Source of the DNA: Octopus vulgaris
Taxonomy: Eukaryota
Assembly: GCA_951406725.2 (NCBI GenBank)
Contig: OX597824.1
Span: 74,586,001 to 74,650,000, forward strand
DNA length: 64,000 bases
Reading direction: 5' to 3'
The first letter of the stretch is position 1. Every line of letters starts with the position of its first letter. Made by a program: the position numbers and the translations under genes. Under the pieces are notes generated by a model. It had not been told where the DNA came from and made no database searches. It worked only from the letters and a program-made list of their open reading frames with translations. Positions 12,788 to 25,352 of this stretch are shown piece by piece.

Positions 12788-13009
12788 TTTTCTGCTATAA
12801 GCACAAGGTATGAGATTTTTGGGGAGGGGGCTAATCAATTACATCGATCCCAGTACTTGTGTAGTGCAGAAACCAACGCTGACGATCAAATTGTGAGACT
12901 ACTGAAGTAGGTTGCGGCGTTTTGTAGGGTGTTCATTCACAAAAAGCTCTGAGTGGATTTGGAGTGACTGATATAGCTACTAGTAGAGCAACACATACCA
13001 ACATTCAAA

Positions 13010-13432
13010 GGCAGCGAGCTAGCAGAAACGTTTGCACGCCGGACGAAATGCTTAGCGGGATTTCGTCTGTCTTTATGTTCTGTGTTTAAATTTTTCCGAG
13101 GTCGACTTTGCCTTTCATCCTTTCGGGGTCGATAAATTAAGTACCAGTTACCCACTGGGTTCGATGTAATCGACTTAATCCGTTTGTCTGTCCTTGTTTG
13201 TCCCCTCTATGTTTAGCCCCTTTGTGGGCAATAAAAAAAAAACAAATGTTAGCACGCCGGACGAAATGCTTAGCGGCATTTCGTCTGTCTTTACGTTCTG
13301 AGTTCAAATTCCTCCGAGGTCGACTTTGCCTTTCGTCCAATCGGGATCGATAGATTAAGTAGCAGTTGCGTACTGGGATCCATCTAATCGACCCCACCCC
13401 CCAAAGAATTTGGGGCCCTGTGCCTAGAGTAA
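13010..13432 (+). mobile_element. SINE A dimer with two different tails
   Basis: Family A head followed by a second body. Confidence 0.85.
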
Positions 13433-13993
13433 AAAATAATACATTCCATCACGAACCAGCAAAGAAGGTCACTAAATGGTTTCAAGTAAAGAGGGAAGGA
13501 CCAGTGGTTTGCTGCAACTTGGATGCAACTAGGATTCGATTGACTCCAGCTGGATCGACTGAGCAAGAAGGAACTCATATGGAAAATCTCGAAATCCCTT
13601 AAGACTCTACAAATGTGTGCGTGTCCTTCTAACCGATTGATAACCGGTGTCGGTGTGTTTACGCCATCCGTAACCAAGCGGTTCGGCAAAAAGAACGGTA
13701 TAATGGGTACTAGTTGGTATTTGTAGCTGATGACCAGCAGCGATACAGAAACGGCAGTAACCTGCGATCCTCTGACGCCATTAATAACCCAATGTCTTTC
13801 CACACATATTGACTAAGAAGGAAATTTTCTCTCGAGACTAATTCCGCAGCAAAAAGTCTTCCCATGTCGAGGTGCACACAAACGAGTAAAATATGATTGC
13901 ACATGCATGTATTCTAGTCAACGCTTCTTCATCTAACTTGGACTGTAATTTTACATTACATTGATTGAAGTACGTTCTGTGGTTTCATAGATG

Positions 13994-14402
13994 GGATCTT
14001 TTCGGTTAGAACGGCAGTTTTTAACATAATTTCTAGGTAACTAAAACATTTTAAACTTCTGGTCGAATGTGTTTATAAAACATCTTTTTCTCTTGGCTTT
14101 ATTGAGAAAATTCTATAATTTGTAAGATATTTGTTGTTTTTTTCCTTCAATTTCTGCAATTTCAACCAATCACTGACGTCTATTGAGGTAAAAACATTCT
14201 GTGCCGTATGAATATGTCCCTCGTTTAAAAAACAGATTTGGTTTATTTACATTTGTGAAGAAAAAAAGATATCCTTTAACCCTAACTAACCCTAACCCTA
14301 AAACAGATAGAAATGCAATAGATCGATACTAGGGTCATAATTATGGGTGACAATTTCATATGACACCGCTAGAAAAAACTGCCGTTCAAACCGAAAAGAT
14401 CC
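13994..14402 (+). mobile_element. Merlin-type MITE with internal CCCTAA repeats
   Basis: ~29-bp TIR GGATCTTTTCGGTT(T/A)GAACGGCAGTTTTT; 8-bp TSD CATAGATG. Confidence 0.9.
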
Positions 14403-14979
14403 CATAGATGTAATTTCATGGTGTTTATTGTAACTTATTTTTTGCTATTAGCTTGTGACCAGGTATGATGGAATTATTTTGTTTTACTAGTATAAAAATG
14501 ACTTATTCATCTATTTTATAACCAATGTTCATTTGGTTCTCGTAGTGTATAATATATGCGGTTTGTAAATTTTTAGTGAGTGCTGCAATTGATGAATCCG
14601 TGAATGTATGACTTTGTTCTTGTATTGTTCTATGGTGAAAGCGCATGACCTTGTGGTTAAAGTCTTACACCCACGATTGTATTATAATGGTTTGTGTTAT
14701 AAACACTTCATATCGCGTTGCACCAGTCCAGTCATGAGTTCTGTCACCGAGAAGTTAACCCTCCGACAGACCGGCGCCCCGTTCAGTAGTGATGGTGGTG
14801 GTGGTGGTGGTGGTCGAAGAGGTGGGGGGTGCGTGTTGCAATCTTAGTCTCATATTTTCCATGGAAACCGATTTAAGCTACGGCCTTGTGAATCCTACAG
14901 CTCATGATGCACCTAAACGAAGAGGTTAACTGTGTTATGAGCTAGTTTATTAATCTGTTGGGATACCCATCGCTAACTA

Positions 14980-15038
<59 letters not shown>

Positions 15039-15337
15039 ATAAGATTTCCTTACTTAAAATTGAGTGAAAATCTTAAAGCTTATCTCAGAAGGGATTTAAC
15101 AGCAAATATTATGTATCTATAGAGGTACATAATAATCTCACTGTGCGTAAATGCCTTTACATCTAAGAATAAGGTTGTGTTTTTGCCTGAATTTATATTA
15201 GATCTATATTGGATCGTAACTGTAAAGACAAAGTTATTCTCAATCTCTCACAATAAATACACCAACAACTTACTTTAGAATCGATAATCTAGATCGGTGC
15301 TCCGCAACCTTTTTCCACTTGTGGTACACTTGTATTC

Positions 15338-15743
15338 GGATCTTTTCTGTTTGAACGGCAGTTTTTCTAGCGGTGTCATATGAAATTGTCACCCATAATT
15401 ATGACCTTAGTATCGATCTATTGCATTTCAATCTGTTTTAGGGTTAGGGTTAGTTAGGGTTAGGGTTAGGGTAAATAAACCCAATCTGTTTCTTAAATGA
15501 GGGACATATTCATACGGCACAGAATGTTTTCACCTCAATAGACGTCATTGATTGGCTGAAATTGCAGAAATTGAAGAAAAAAACCCCAAATATCTTACAA
15601 ACTATAGAATTTTCTCAATAAAGCCAAGAGAAAAAGATGTTTTATAAACACATTCTACTACATTCTACCAGTATACGAAGTTTAAAAGTGTTTAGTTACG
15701 TGGAAATTATTTTAAAAAACTGCCGGTCAAACCGAAAAGATCC
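15338..15743 (-). mobile_element. Merlin-type MITE (second copy), nested in a hAT-like MITE
   Basis: Same TIRs; 8-bp TSD TTGTATTC; TTAGGG repeats at ~15438-15471. Confidence 0.9.
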
Positions 15744-15887
15744 TTGTATTCTTTTCAAAATTCGGCGGCACACCTGAGCTAAAAATATAACTAAAAGCGT
15801 AGGGAACAAATTGTATTCAGGTTACACTGCGGCACACCCAGCATCGTCCCATGGCACACCAGTGTGCCGCGGTGTACCGGTCGAGAT

Positions 15888-16546
15888 CAGTGGTTCTCAA
15901 CAATTTTTTGGTCGCCTTTGATTACTATTTTATTATGGTGGATCCCCATAGCCATTCGATGTTTGAAAATTAATTTTATAAATACTTCTTCCAAAATTCC
16001 TATTATGTTTACCACACATTCACTTGTATAGGCTGAACTACGCATCGTGGTACCGAATGTAACAAGATGGACCTTTGAATTACAGGTACAATACATTTTT
16101 GCCAGCTGTGTGGTTTGTTCCTTCTCGAGTCACGCCAGGCTCATAAGGGCCGGTTCCCGGTTTCCTTGGCGTATAGGTTCCCCACTTGGACGGGACGCTG
16201 GTCCGTCGTAGGTGAGCTGCAAGATGCAGGAGGAAAGAGTGAGAGAAAGTTGTGGTGAAAGAGTCAGCGGAAGTTCGCCATTACCTTCTGCCGGAGCCGC
16301 GTTGAGCTTAGGTGTTTCGCTCATAAACACACATATCGCCCGGTTTGAGATTCGAGCCTGCGATCCCTCGACCGCGAGTCCGCTGCTCTAACCACTAGGC
16401 CATGTGCCTCCACAGCTGTGTGGACTGGAACAACGTGAAATAAAGTGTCTTGCTGAAGGACACAGTGCACTGCTAGAAATCAAACTTACAACATTACGAT
16501 CATGAGCCAAATACTCTAACCACTAAGCCATGAGCCTTTACTATAT

Positions 16547-16618
<72 letters not shown>

Positions 16619-16869
16619 TGTGTGTGTGTGCCTGTGTGTGTGCGCGCGCGCGTATATATATTAATGGAAAATATCAGAGCAAGAAACCCAGCTGTTTTTC
16701 TTGCAATAAATACATCAAAAGCAAAATTTCTTCATGGATCCATAAAACACTACCGTGGACCCTATTTTACGATTTTGCTTTTATGGACCCCCAAAAATCT
16801 TATATGAACCCCACCAAAGGGTCATATGGACACCCAAGGGACCATGTGGACCCCGGCTGAAAACCACTG
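15888..16869. mobile_element. hAT-like MITE hosting nested SINEs and a microsatellite
   Basis: TIRs CAGTGGTTCTCAAC / GCTGAAAACCACTG; TSD degenerate. Confidence 0.6.
16114..16413 (-). mobile_element. SINE B inserted into a SINE C copy
   Basis: A and B boxes; TSD AGCTGTGTGG (16104-16113, 16414-16423). Confidence 0.9.
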
Positions 16870-16907
16870 GTATAGAGAGTGTGGTTATGTTCACGGTTTT
16901 ATAAACA

Positions 16908-17137
16908 GGCGGTGAGCTGGCAGAAACGTTAGCACGCCGGGCGAAATGCTTAGCGGTATTTCGTCTGCGTTACGTTCTGAGTTCAAATTCCGCCGAGGTC
17001 GACTTTGCCTTTCATCCTTACGGGGTCGATAAATTAAGTACCAGTTACGCACTGGGGTCGATGTAATCGACTTAATACCTATGCCTGTCCTTGTTTGTCC
17101 GCTCTGTGTTTAGCCCCTTGTAGGTAATAAAGAAATA
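16908..17137 (+). mobile_element. SINE A, full length
   Basis: Flanking direct repeat GGTTATGTTCACGGTT. Confidence 0.9.
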
Positions 17138-17929
17138 GGTTATGTTCACGGTTACTTTGTTTTTCACCTTTGACATGTAGAATGTAATAAATAAGGCTAA
17201 GTTTTGGCGAGGCGGGCGCCTATTCCCACTCATCCTTCTGCGTGTATACACCTTTCTGCGTGAACACCCTACAAAACTCTTGTGGACACTGAGGAGGGAA
17301 AGACGATAAGTCGTGTCGGTTATCAGAAACACCTACAGGATGTGGTTTTTCGTTTTTTTACTTCTTTTTTTCATATAACAGGTGTTTTTCTTCAATAAAG
17401 TATGTGGGCAGACCATACAATAAAAACACCTGCTAATAACAAAGACCACCTGTAATTTTTTTTTTTTTTTTTCTTCTCGCTTCTGTGAATCTTTAGATAT
17501 TGATGTTCTGAATTAAAAATGCTAATACAAGTAGCTGGATAAATATATAAATGAAGAAAACATTTTATGAAAGTCGCCGGACGGTCGCTTCTATTGTTTG
17601 CACCCCTGCATACATACGTACATACATGCATACATACATACATACATACATACATACATACATACATACATACATACATACATACGTACATACATACTTA
17701 CATACATACATATACACATACATACGTACATACATACATACATACATACATACACACATATATACGTACATACATACATACATACATACATACATACATA
17801 CATACATACATACATACGCACATACATACGTACGTACGTACATACATACGTACATACATACATACATACACACATACGTACGTACATACACACATACACA
17901 CATACACACGCACACACATAATATAGTAA

Positions 17930-18250
17930 AGGCTCGTGGCTAAGTGGTTACAATATTTGGATCATGATCGTAAAGTTGTAAGCTCGATTCCTAGCACTGC
18001 AGTGTGTCCTTGACCAAGACACTTTTTTTCACGTTTTTCCAGTTCACACAACTGGCAAAAATTTGTCGTACCTGTAATCCAAAGATCCAGCTTGTCACAT
18101 TCGGTGCCACGATGCATCTTCCTGGGAACTACGTTAAGGGCACGCGTGTCGGTGGAGCACTCGGTCAGTACACGTTAATTTCATGGACAGGCTGTTCCGT
18201 TGATCAGGCTTAACTTGAACACACGTCGTTGTAACTGACAGTGCCAGTTA
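17930..18250 (+). mobile_element. SINE C (CORE-like centre) with a family B-type tail
   Basis: tRNA-like head; GTGTCCTTGACCAAGACACT; tail homologous to 45100-45250. Confidence 0.65.
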
Positions 18251-18264
18251 CATATTCTTTAAAT

Positions 18265-18437
18265 TGTTTTAGTTATTTGACTGCGGGCATGCTGGAGCAC
18301 CTCCTTGGAGGGTTTTAATCGAAGAAATCGACGCCAGGACTTATCTTTTAAGCCTAGTACTTATTCTGTCGTAAACACAACACTGGTTGTCAAGCGGTGA
18401 CGCGAGGAAGGGGGAGCAAATACGGACACACACATGG

Positions 18438-18522
<85 letters not shown>

Positions 18523-18757
18523 TAAGTTTCTTTATTGGCCACACAGGGCTGCACACAGATGGGACAAGTTACAAGGTAGAGCTTTTCTTTTGGGGGATGA
18601 AAAAAACAAAAAACAAAAGAAAAAAAGGGGTGGCGTAGGTTTTCGATCAAGAGGGATCGTAAAAGGGAAGAAAAGAACAAAAAATATTTTTTTTAAATTA
18701 ATAAATTAAAAAAATAAATAAATAAAAAAAAAGATAGATAGATAGATAGATAGATAC

Positions 18758-18832
<75 letters not shown>

Positions 18833-18990
18833 CGACGGGCTTCTTTCAGATTCCGTCCACCAAATCCACTCAGAAGGCTTTGGGCGGCCCGAGGCTATAG
18901 TAGAAGATACCAAGGTGCCACGCAGTGACATCCAACCTGGAACCATGTGGATGGGAAGTAAACTTCTTACCATGCAACCACGCCCGCGCC
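18265..18990 (-). mobile_element. SINE D interrupted at its internal microsatellite
   Basis: Homologous to 52039-52455; a retroposon tail at 18525-18680 is nested inside. Confidence 0.7.
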
Positions 18991-18992
18991 AA

Positions 18993-19059
<67 letters not shown>

Positions 19060-19192
19060 ACAAATACACACACATATGGGTGGGGTGTGCGCCACCATGC
19101 TGTAAGCATGGCAACTTGTAGAACTACATACTAACATGCATATACTGTTAAGCAATTATATGCATAGATGCACCCACTCATACACGCATATA

Positions 19193-19271
<79 letters not shown>

Positions 19272-19277
<6 letters not shown>

Positions 19278-19998
19278 ACAAGAAGGGTAGAAATATTAGT
19301 TACTACCAGGTGCCCAGCACAAAAGACGAATCAGTCATAAGACAAAAATATTATTCGTATAGAAAAATATTATTCATGTAGTAATACAATTAAAGGCTCC
19401 TAGATTAGGATGCCGAGTGCTGGGAACACAAAAAGAAGATGAACTTATCGAGAGTGAAAATCAAAAACATTTACCGACAACTTTACACCTCGGACTGATC
19501 AGTTTCTGCTTCTTTCTAGCAAAACACAGAATATGTTTGCTAAGGCTGGCTTTATCAACGAGTCGCCTAAATTGAATCGAGGTCTGCAGCGATGTGAGAA
19601 CATGTGTCGATCTCGACTACTAGCAGATCTTAACTTTTCAAATCTCTGCGCAGACGCAAAATCTACACGGCAGTATAGGGCATGCCGGGAAGAATTTTAC
19701 GAATAAATTCATCATGTAAATATGCGAATATAAACAAGAAGGGTAGAAATATTAGTTACTACCAGGTGCCCAGCACAAAAGACGAATCAGTCATAAGACA
19801 AAAATATTATTCGTATAGAAAAATATTATTCATGTAGTAATACAATTAAAGGCTCCTAAATTAGGATGCCGACTGCTGGGAACACAAAAAGAAGATGAAC
19901 TTATCGAGAGTGAAAATCAAAAACATTTACCGATAACTTTACACCTCGGACTGATCAGTTTCTGCCTCTTTCTAGCAAAACACAGAATATGTTTGCTA

Positions 19999-20000
<2 letters not shown>
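19272..20000 (-). mobile_element. Retrozyme-like / PLE pseudo-LTR unit, 456-bp period, ~1.6 copies, between (TA)n tracts
   Basis: 19272-19544 nearly identical to 19728-20000; non-coding; contains an HHR. Confidence 0.75.
19489..19562 (-). ncRNA. Type I hammerhead ribozyme, U3-A8 variant
   Basis: CUCG-UUGAUAA-stem II (UUAGCAAA/UUUGCUAG)-GAAA-CUGAUCAG-UC^CGAG. Confidence 0.75.
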
Positions 20001-20062
<62 letters not shown>

Positions 20063-20068
<6 letters not shown>

Positions 20069-20475
20069 GAAAGAATGGAGTCGAACGACGATTTAACAAA
20101 ATTCCTTTATTCTCGACATATGTTTCGAAGACTGCATAATCCTAATTTCGAAGGAATAAGGGGTGCATTATGCCGCCTTCTCATCAGGAAAGACAACAAA
20201 CATAAGTTCCTTGTCTTTCCTGATGAGAAGGCGGCATAATGCACCCCTTATTCCTTCGAAATTAGGATTATGCAGTCTTCGAAACATATGTCGAGAATAA
20301 AGGAATTTTGTTAAATCGTCGTTCGACTCCATTCTTTCATTTATTTATAGTAAAAAAAACACACAAATTTCCACACGTAAGCACGTGATGTCTGCTTCAA
20401 GCGTGTTTTCTGACGTGAATTTGCTACCCGGGTATCGGTTAACCGAATTATCCATACTAGGATAATTCATTCAAC

Positions 20476-20478
<3 letters not shown>
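20063..20478. mobile_element. PLE pseudo-LTR module with perfect 134-bp inverted repeat, in (TA)n
   Basis: Arms 20063-20196 and 20211-20344; same family at 56401-56729. Confidence 0.8.
20207..20305 (+). ncRNA. Type I hammerhead ribozyme, canonical core (mirror copy on minus strand, ~20103-20196)
   Basis: UUCCUUGUCUUUC-CUGAUGA-GAAGGCGGCAUAAU..AUUAUGCAGUCUUC-GAAA-CAUAUG-UC^GAGAAUAAAGGAA. Confidence 0.88.
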
Positions 20479-20538
<60 letters not shown>

Positions 20539-20554
20539 TATACATGCGTACATA

Positions 20555-21028
20555 CAGGGGTTGAACAAAATAATGGAAACACCTAGCATCATAGCATCAT
20601 AATTTTGAAATATCTATAAAACCATCATAAGCTTGTTTAGTTTTATGTTTTTTGTTTTATTATTGGTGTTGCTAAATATGTTTTGCTAAAATTGCTGTTT
20701 CTTTTCAGATATAATCAGAAAAATATAATTAAAATTCATTAAAATGACAGATCTATCGAACTTTCAAAGCGGTCAAATTATTGGTGCTCGTATGGCAGGC
20801 GCAAGCGTAAGAAAACAGCCGAAATGTTAGGTGTATCAAGGAGTACTGTATCGAAAGTAATGACAGTCTTTGAGAAAGAGGGAAAAACCTCATCGTCGAA
20901 ATAAAACTTCGGAAGAAAACTAAAACTCTCAGATAGGGACTCTTACGCAAACTGTTAGAAAGAATCACAAATGTACAGCTCCCAAAATTACTGCAGATCT
21001 TAATGACCGCCTCAAGAACCCAGTTTAG
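20555..21028 (+). mobile_element. Tc1-like transposon left end with decayed transposase N-terminus
   Basis: TA|CAGGGGTTGAACAAAATAATGGAAAC; from 20744 MTDLSNFQSGQIIGARMAGASV..AEMLGVSRSTVSKV (HTH)..GRK. Confidence 0.85.
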
Positions 21029-21171
21029 CAATTTTAATAAACCCTAATTATAATTATATTTACAATTATAAAATTTTTGTATAAGTTTACCGATAATGGT
21101 TCTTTTAACATACCGAACTACTTGGTAAAATTATTAATTATAAATTGATTAATTAATTTTACCCTTTATTG

Positions 21172-21242
<71 letters not shown>

Positions 21243-21281
21243 AATAATATTATTATTAATATTCTTCTTCTTCTTCTTCTT

Positions 21282-21371
<90 letters not shown>

Positions 21372-21554
21372 ATTATATATTGTGTCGTGGTGCTGTTTTC
21401 TCACAGGCGGTGCCCAACTGACCCTACCATACTGTGTAATCGGCAATATCAAATAACAAACAATGCGCATTCACTAAATTAAAAATATAAAATGGCGACA
21501 ATTAACCCTTCGCACACTGTATATATATGTACACACACCTTCACACACACACAC

Positions 21555-21590
<36 letters not shown>

Positions 21591-21664
21591 GTACAATCAT
21601 ATTAAGTTATGCCCGAATAATAGACATACAGATACATATATATGTACATACACAAACATACATA

Positions 21665-21710
<46 letters not shown>

Positions 21711-21814
21711 TGTAAACATGCATATTGGCAAATAATATTTCTATATGTACGTATCTATTTATCTAACTATCTATCTACACACACATACAAACACACGCGC
21801 GCGAACACACACAC

Positions 21815-21892
<78 letters not shown>

Positions 21893-21944
21893 GTACACAC
21901 AGAGATTATTGAAGAAAACCAAATATTTGCTATTAACCTTGTCC

Positions 21945-22130
21945 GAAACATAAATAAATCGTTGACTCTAAATATTTATCCGAATACATTAGTTATGACC
22001 GAAAGTCATAAACAAAAGAAGCAAGAATAAAGTATGAGAAATTTGAAGCATGAAAATGTATTCGTCGGTACAGGAAGAAATGCATAAAACATAAGTATAG
22101 CTTGGCAGTAAACATATCAATAAATTATAT
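21945..22130 (-). repeat. Unclassified interspersed repeat, 3 copies (also ~31095-31245 and ~34750-34930 on +)
   Basis: Shared blocks tttcttccagta..gtatctcaa(a/g)tttctcat..gccataagtaata..agtcaa. Confidence 0.6.
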
Positions 22131-22169
22131 GTGAGTGTGTGAGTATATATATATATATATATATATACA

Positions 22170-22205
<36 letters not shown>

Positions 22206-22223
22206 TGTATGTATGTATGTATG

Positions 22224-22327
<104 letters not shown>

Positions 22328-22474
22328 TACACATATATATATATATGTGTGTATGTGTGTGTTTGTGTGTCTAGAAGGAGGAAAATACACACACATAAAG
22401 GAACACACGAGTTGATATATATGGAAAAAAAGTCAAGATAGGAAATGCTAAAACAATTTTATAAAAAAACATTT

Positions 22475-22510
22475 CAGTACGGATTTCAGTCATTGTGACT
22501 TTTTCAACTG
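22475..22510 (-). ncRNA. Minimal hammerhead ribozyme, U3-A8 variant (stem III decayed)
   Basis: CAG-UUGAAAA-AGUCA CAA UGACU-GAAA-UCCG-UA^CUG. Confidence 0.55.
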
Positions 22511-22755
22511 TAACAATTAAACAATTAAATTTAGAAAAATTAAAAGAAAAGATTTTTTAAAAAGAATATTTGTATAGTGTTCAAATGTAAGTGACATTTT
22601 CCTTGTTTCTGCCTGTCTCTGTCTCTCTTGTTTACTCTTGTAACTATATATATATATATAGTTAATCCAAACATGAACAAAGAGAAAACACAACACGAGG
22701 ACGTGGAACAAGTATAGTGTTACTGGACGCTCAGGAAAGGAAAGAAAGAAGGAGG

Positions 22756-22790
22756 ATTTAACGTTTCGAGCGGAGCTCTTCGTCAGAAAC
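22756..22790 (-). ncRNA. Minimal hammerhead ribozyme in PLE pLTR fragment (~22660-22930)
   Basis: GUUU-CUGACGA-A-GAGC UCC GCUC-GAAA-CG-UU^AAAU. Confidence 0.75.
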
Positions 22791-23048
22791 ATAAGAAAAG
22801 AAAAGGTCCAAGGAAGGGAAGACGGAGAAAGAAAATCGCCAACGATACACACGCGGTCACATATTGAAATGACCGGAAGGGAATGGGTGAAGAAAAGGTT
22901 CTTTCAAAGACAGGAGAGTGCAAGAGAAGGAGGTATGTGTGTGTATGTGTGGGTGTGTGTGTGTGCGTGTATGCATATATTGTATGTGTATGTATATGTA
23001 TGTATGTCTATGTGAATTTGTGTATGCGTGTGTGCGTGGGTTGTGTGG

Positions 23049-23082
<34 letters not shown>

Positions 23083-23125
23083 AATGATAAAGACGGAAAA
23101 TGGAATATACGGGAAACTTTAATGC

Positions 23126-23229
23126 TCACAATGATCGTTTCGACCCATCCTACATCGATCCGTCGCTGGTGGAATACTTTATAACTGGTTGTGGAGCATC
23201 CGCTGGTGCAGAAGCGTCTCGTCAGGTGA
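23126..23229 (-). ncRNA. Type I hammerhead ribozyme with long stem II
   Basis: UCAC-CUGACGA-GAC..UUCUGCA...UGUAGGA..GUC-GAAA-CGAUCA-UU^GUGA. Confidence 0.78.
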
Positions 23230-23573
23230 TTTTTACAAGGATTATCTCGTTAAATAAATCCTATTTCGCTCGGTTTTAATACAGAATGCTACTAGTGACA
23301 GTAGGTTTAAGTCGTTGGCCAGGATTATATATATAAATGTTTATTTTTATGTCAGTATATATACAAAAACAATTTAACCTTAAACTGAAGATTTTACTTT
23401 AATACCCTTTAGGAGAGATCATGTTTATTAACCCCTTTTAAGAAGAGGATGGTACTCAGTTCGAATTTTCACCCAGCTAGCCTTCGTCAGACAATCTCAC
23501 AAAGCCTAGCAGGCCGAAAGCCTGAAGGCATAGTTATCTCTCTTCATTAATATATATATATATATATATATAT

Positions 23574-23750
23574 CCACAATGAGATCCACAAACGAAACTG
23601 GCCCAGCATTCTATGTATGCAAGGCATTAACTTGAAACTCAGCCATTTTATGTCAACAGTGCAAGCTATATGCACTAAATATACACCTGAAAGAAAGGCC
23701 AGCACACTGAAAAACAAGATTCCCAGAGACAGAAAAACACTGATGAGGAA
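23574..23750 (+). pseudogene. CR1-like LINE ORF2 inter-domain fragment
   Basis: ..VQAICTKYTPERKASTLKNKIPRDRKTLMR, bounded by (TA)n. Confidence 0.55.
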
Positions 23751-23759
23751 TATAAAGGA

Positions 23760-23793
<34 letters not shown>

Positions 23794-23802
23794 GTTTGTA
23801 TG

Positions 23803-23836
<34 letters not shown>

Positions 23837-23966
23837 TGTATGTATGTATGTATGTATGTATGTATGTATGTATGTATTTATATATGTATGTATGTATGTA
23901 TAATATATGTACATATATATATGTATATGCACACACATCTATACCATATATATGTGTGTGTATATG

Positions 23967-24014
<48 letters not shown>

Positions 24015-24490
24015 TGTGTGGGCATAGGAGGTCATGAAACCTGTACAACAACTAAGTACGAAGTACGAGTACATGGAACATGAACTATTCTTTCGAACAA
24101 CGAAAGACACAAATGAAAAACAAAACAAACAACATAAAGAACGACCCTTCATCAGTTGTTGGCTGTTTTTCTAGTCTCGTATTTCAAGCATTTAACAACA
24201 ATATACGCTTTCGATAAAACAGTTGCTTCCGCAAAGCAAATTAAATGAAATTTGGGATTTTGCGGAGGGTCGAAATAGGTAGCACAAACAGGACAGAGAA
24301 AACAAACAGGAAGGGCTGCTAAACCTAAACGAGGTTGTGGTGGCCAACGCGTAAATCAAGCTAGGACAGCTTCACATTGATGGGTATGGGTACATTATCA
24401 TTTATGTATAGGAAAAAGAAAATTGAGAAATTGATATGCAGACATCAACCTATTGGAACAAATCCAGTTTCGAACAATATCAAACTCATA

Positions 24491-24587
24491 GACCCTACAA
24501 TCGTTTCCATTACCAATTAATACAAATTAGAAAAATTAAATTAGAGATTCATATTGAATATAGTTAATTGAACATTTCATCAGCGTC
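24491..24587 (-). ncRNA. Hammerhead ribozyme in left arm
   Basis: GACG-CUGAUGA-AAUGUUCAAUUAA...UUAAUUGGUAAUG-GAAA-CGAUUG-UA^GGGUC. Confidence 0.65.
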
Positions 24588-25352
24588 AGTATATGAATAG
24601 AAAAAGGAACTACATTCCAATGTATTGATATATCATTGATAATCTCAGCATTAAAACCAGACATGTGGGATTATGCATTCTAATGTATATTTAAAAAAAA
24701 AAAAACGTTTCTAGTGTATATGCAATTTTATTTTAATCTATTTGTGCGCGTGCGTAGGTTAATGTGTTGAAACTCAAAGGAGCCGTTAGATTGCCTAATC
24801 GATGTTTTCGATACAGTTAATTGTAATTAAAAGCATTTATTCCCAATTCTGATTATTACTCGTGAGAATACAAAATGCCAGCAAAGTATTTAATTACTTA
24901 AGACTTATATTGTAAGTTACTTAGTTAAAACCTCTTGTATTAATAATTAAATATTAATTTTTATATTTATAATCTAAAGCAAAAATAGTTACTTTAACTA
25001 TGTACCACATGACCATGACGAAATTCAGTTTGTTTACATAACCTTGTATCCATATATTACCTCAAGAGACTTGTGTACAATATATTTAAAACATTTTTAT
25101 AATGTCCACTAAGAATTATTTTTAAAGCTTTTTGGTAATAATCGTTAGTAATAACAATTAAATATTAATTCCTTTAATATAATTTGAATCACAAATATAT
25201 CTAATGTTTAGTGTGTACTACGTGTCGATGACTAATTCAAACTGTTTCCTATTTACCATATCTGTATACTAAACATTAGATATATTTATGATTTAATTTA
25301 TAATAAGTAAATTAGTATTTAATTGTTGATATTAACAATTATTACCAAAAAG

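Noticed and set aside
15438-15471. Telomere or chromosome fusion site
   Set aside because: Short TTAGGG run internal to a MITE with TIRs and TSD
23739-23750. CTGATGA motif
   Set aside because: Lies in LINE coding sequence with no stem II or GAAA; chance match
24140-24225. Permuted (type II) hammerhead, GAAA..UUGUUG/CAACAA-CUGAUGA; related copy at ~54430-54475
   Set aside because: Stems II and III do not form and the paralogue does not support the fold
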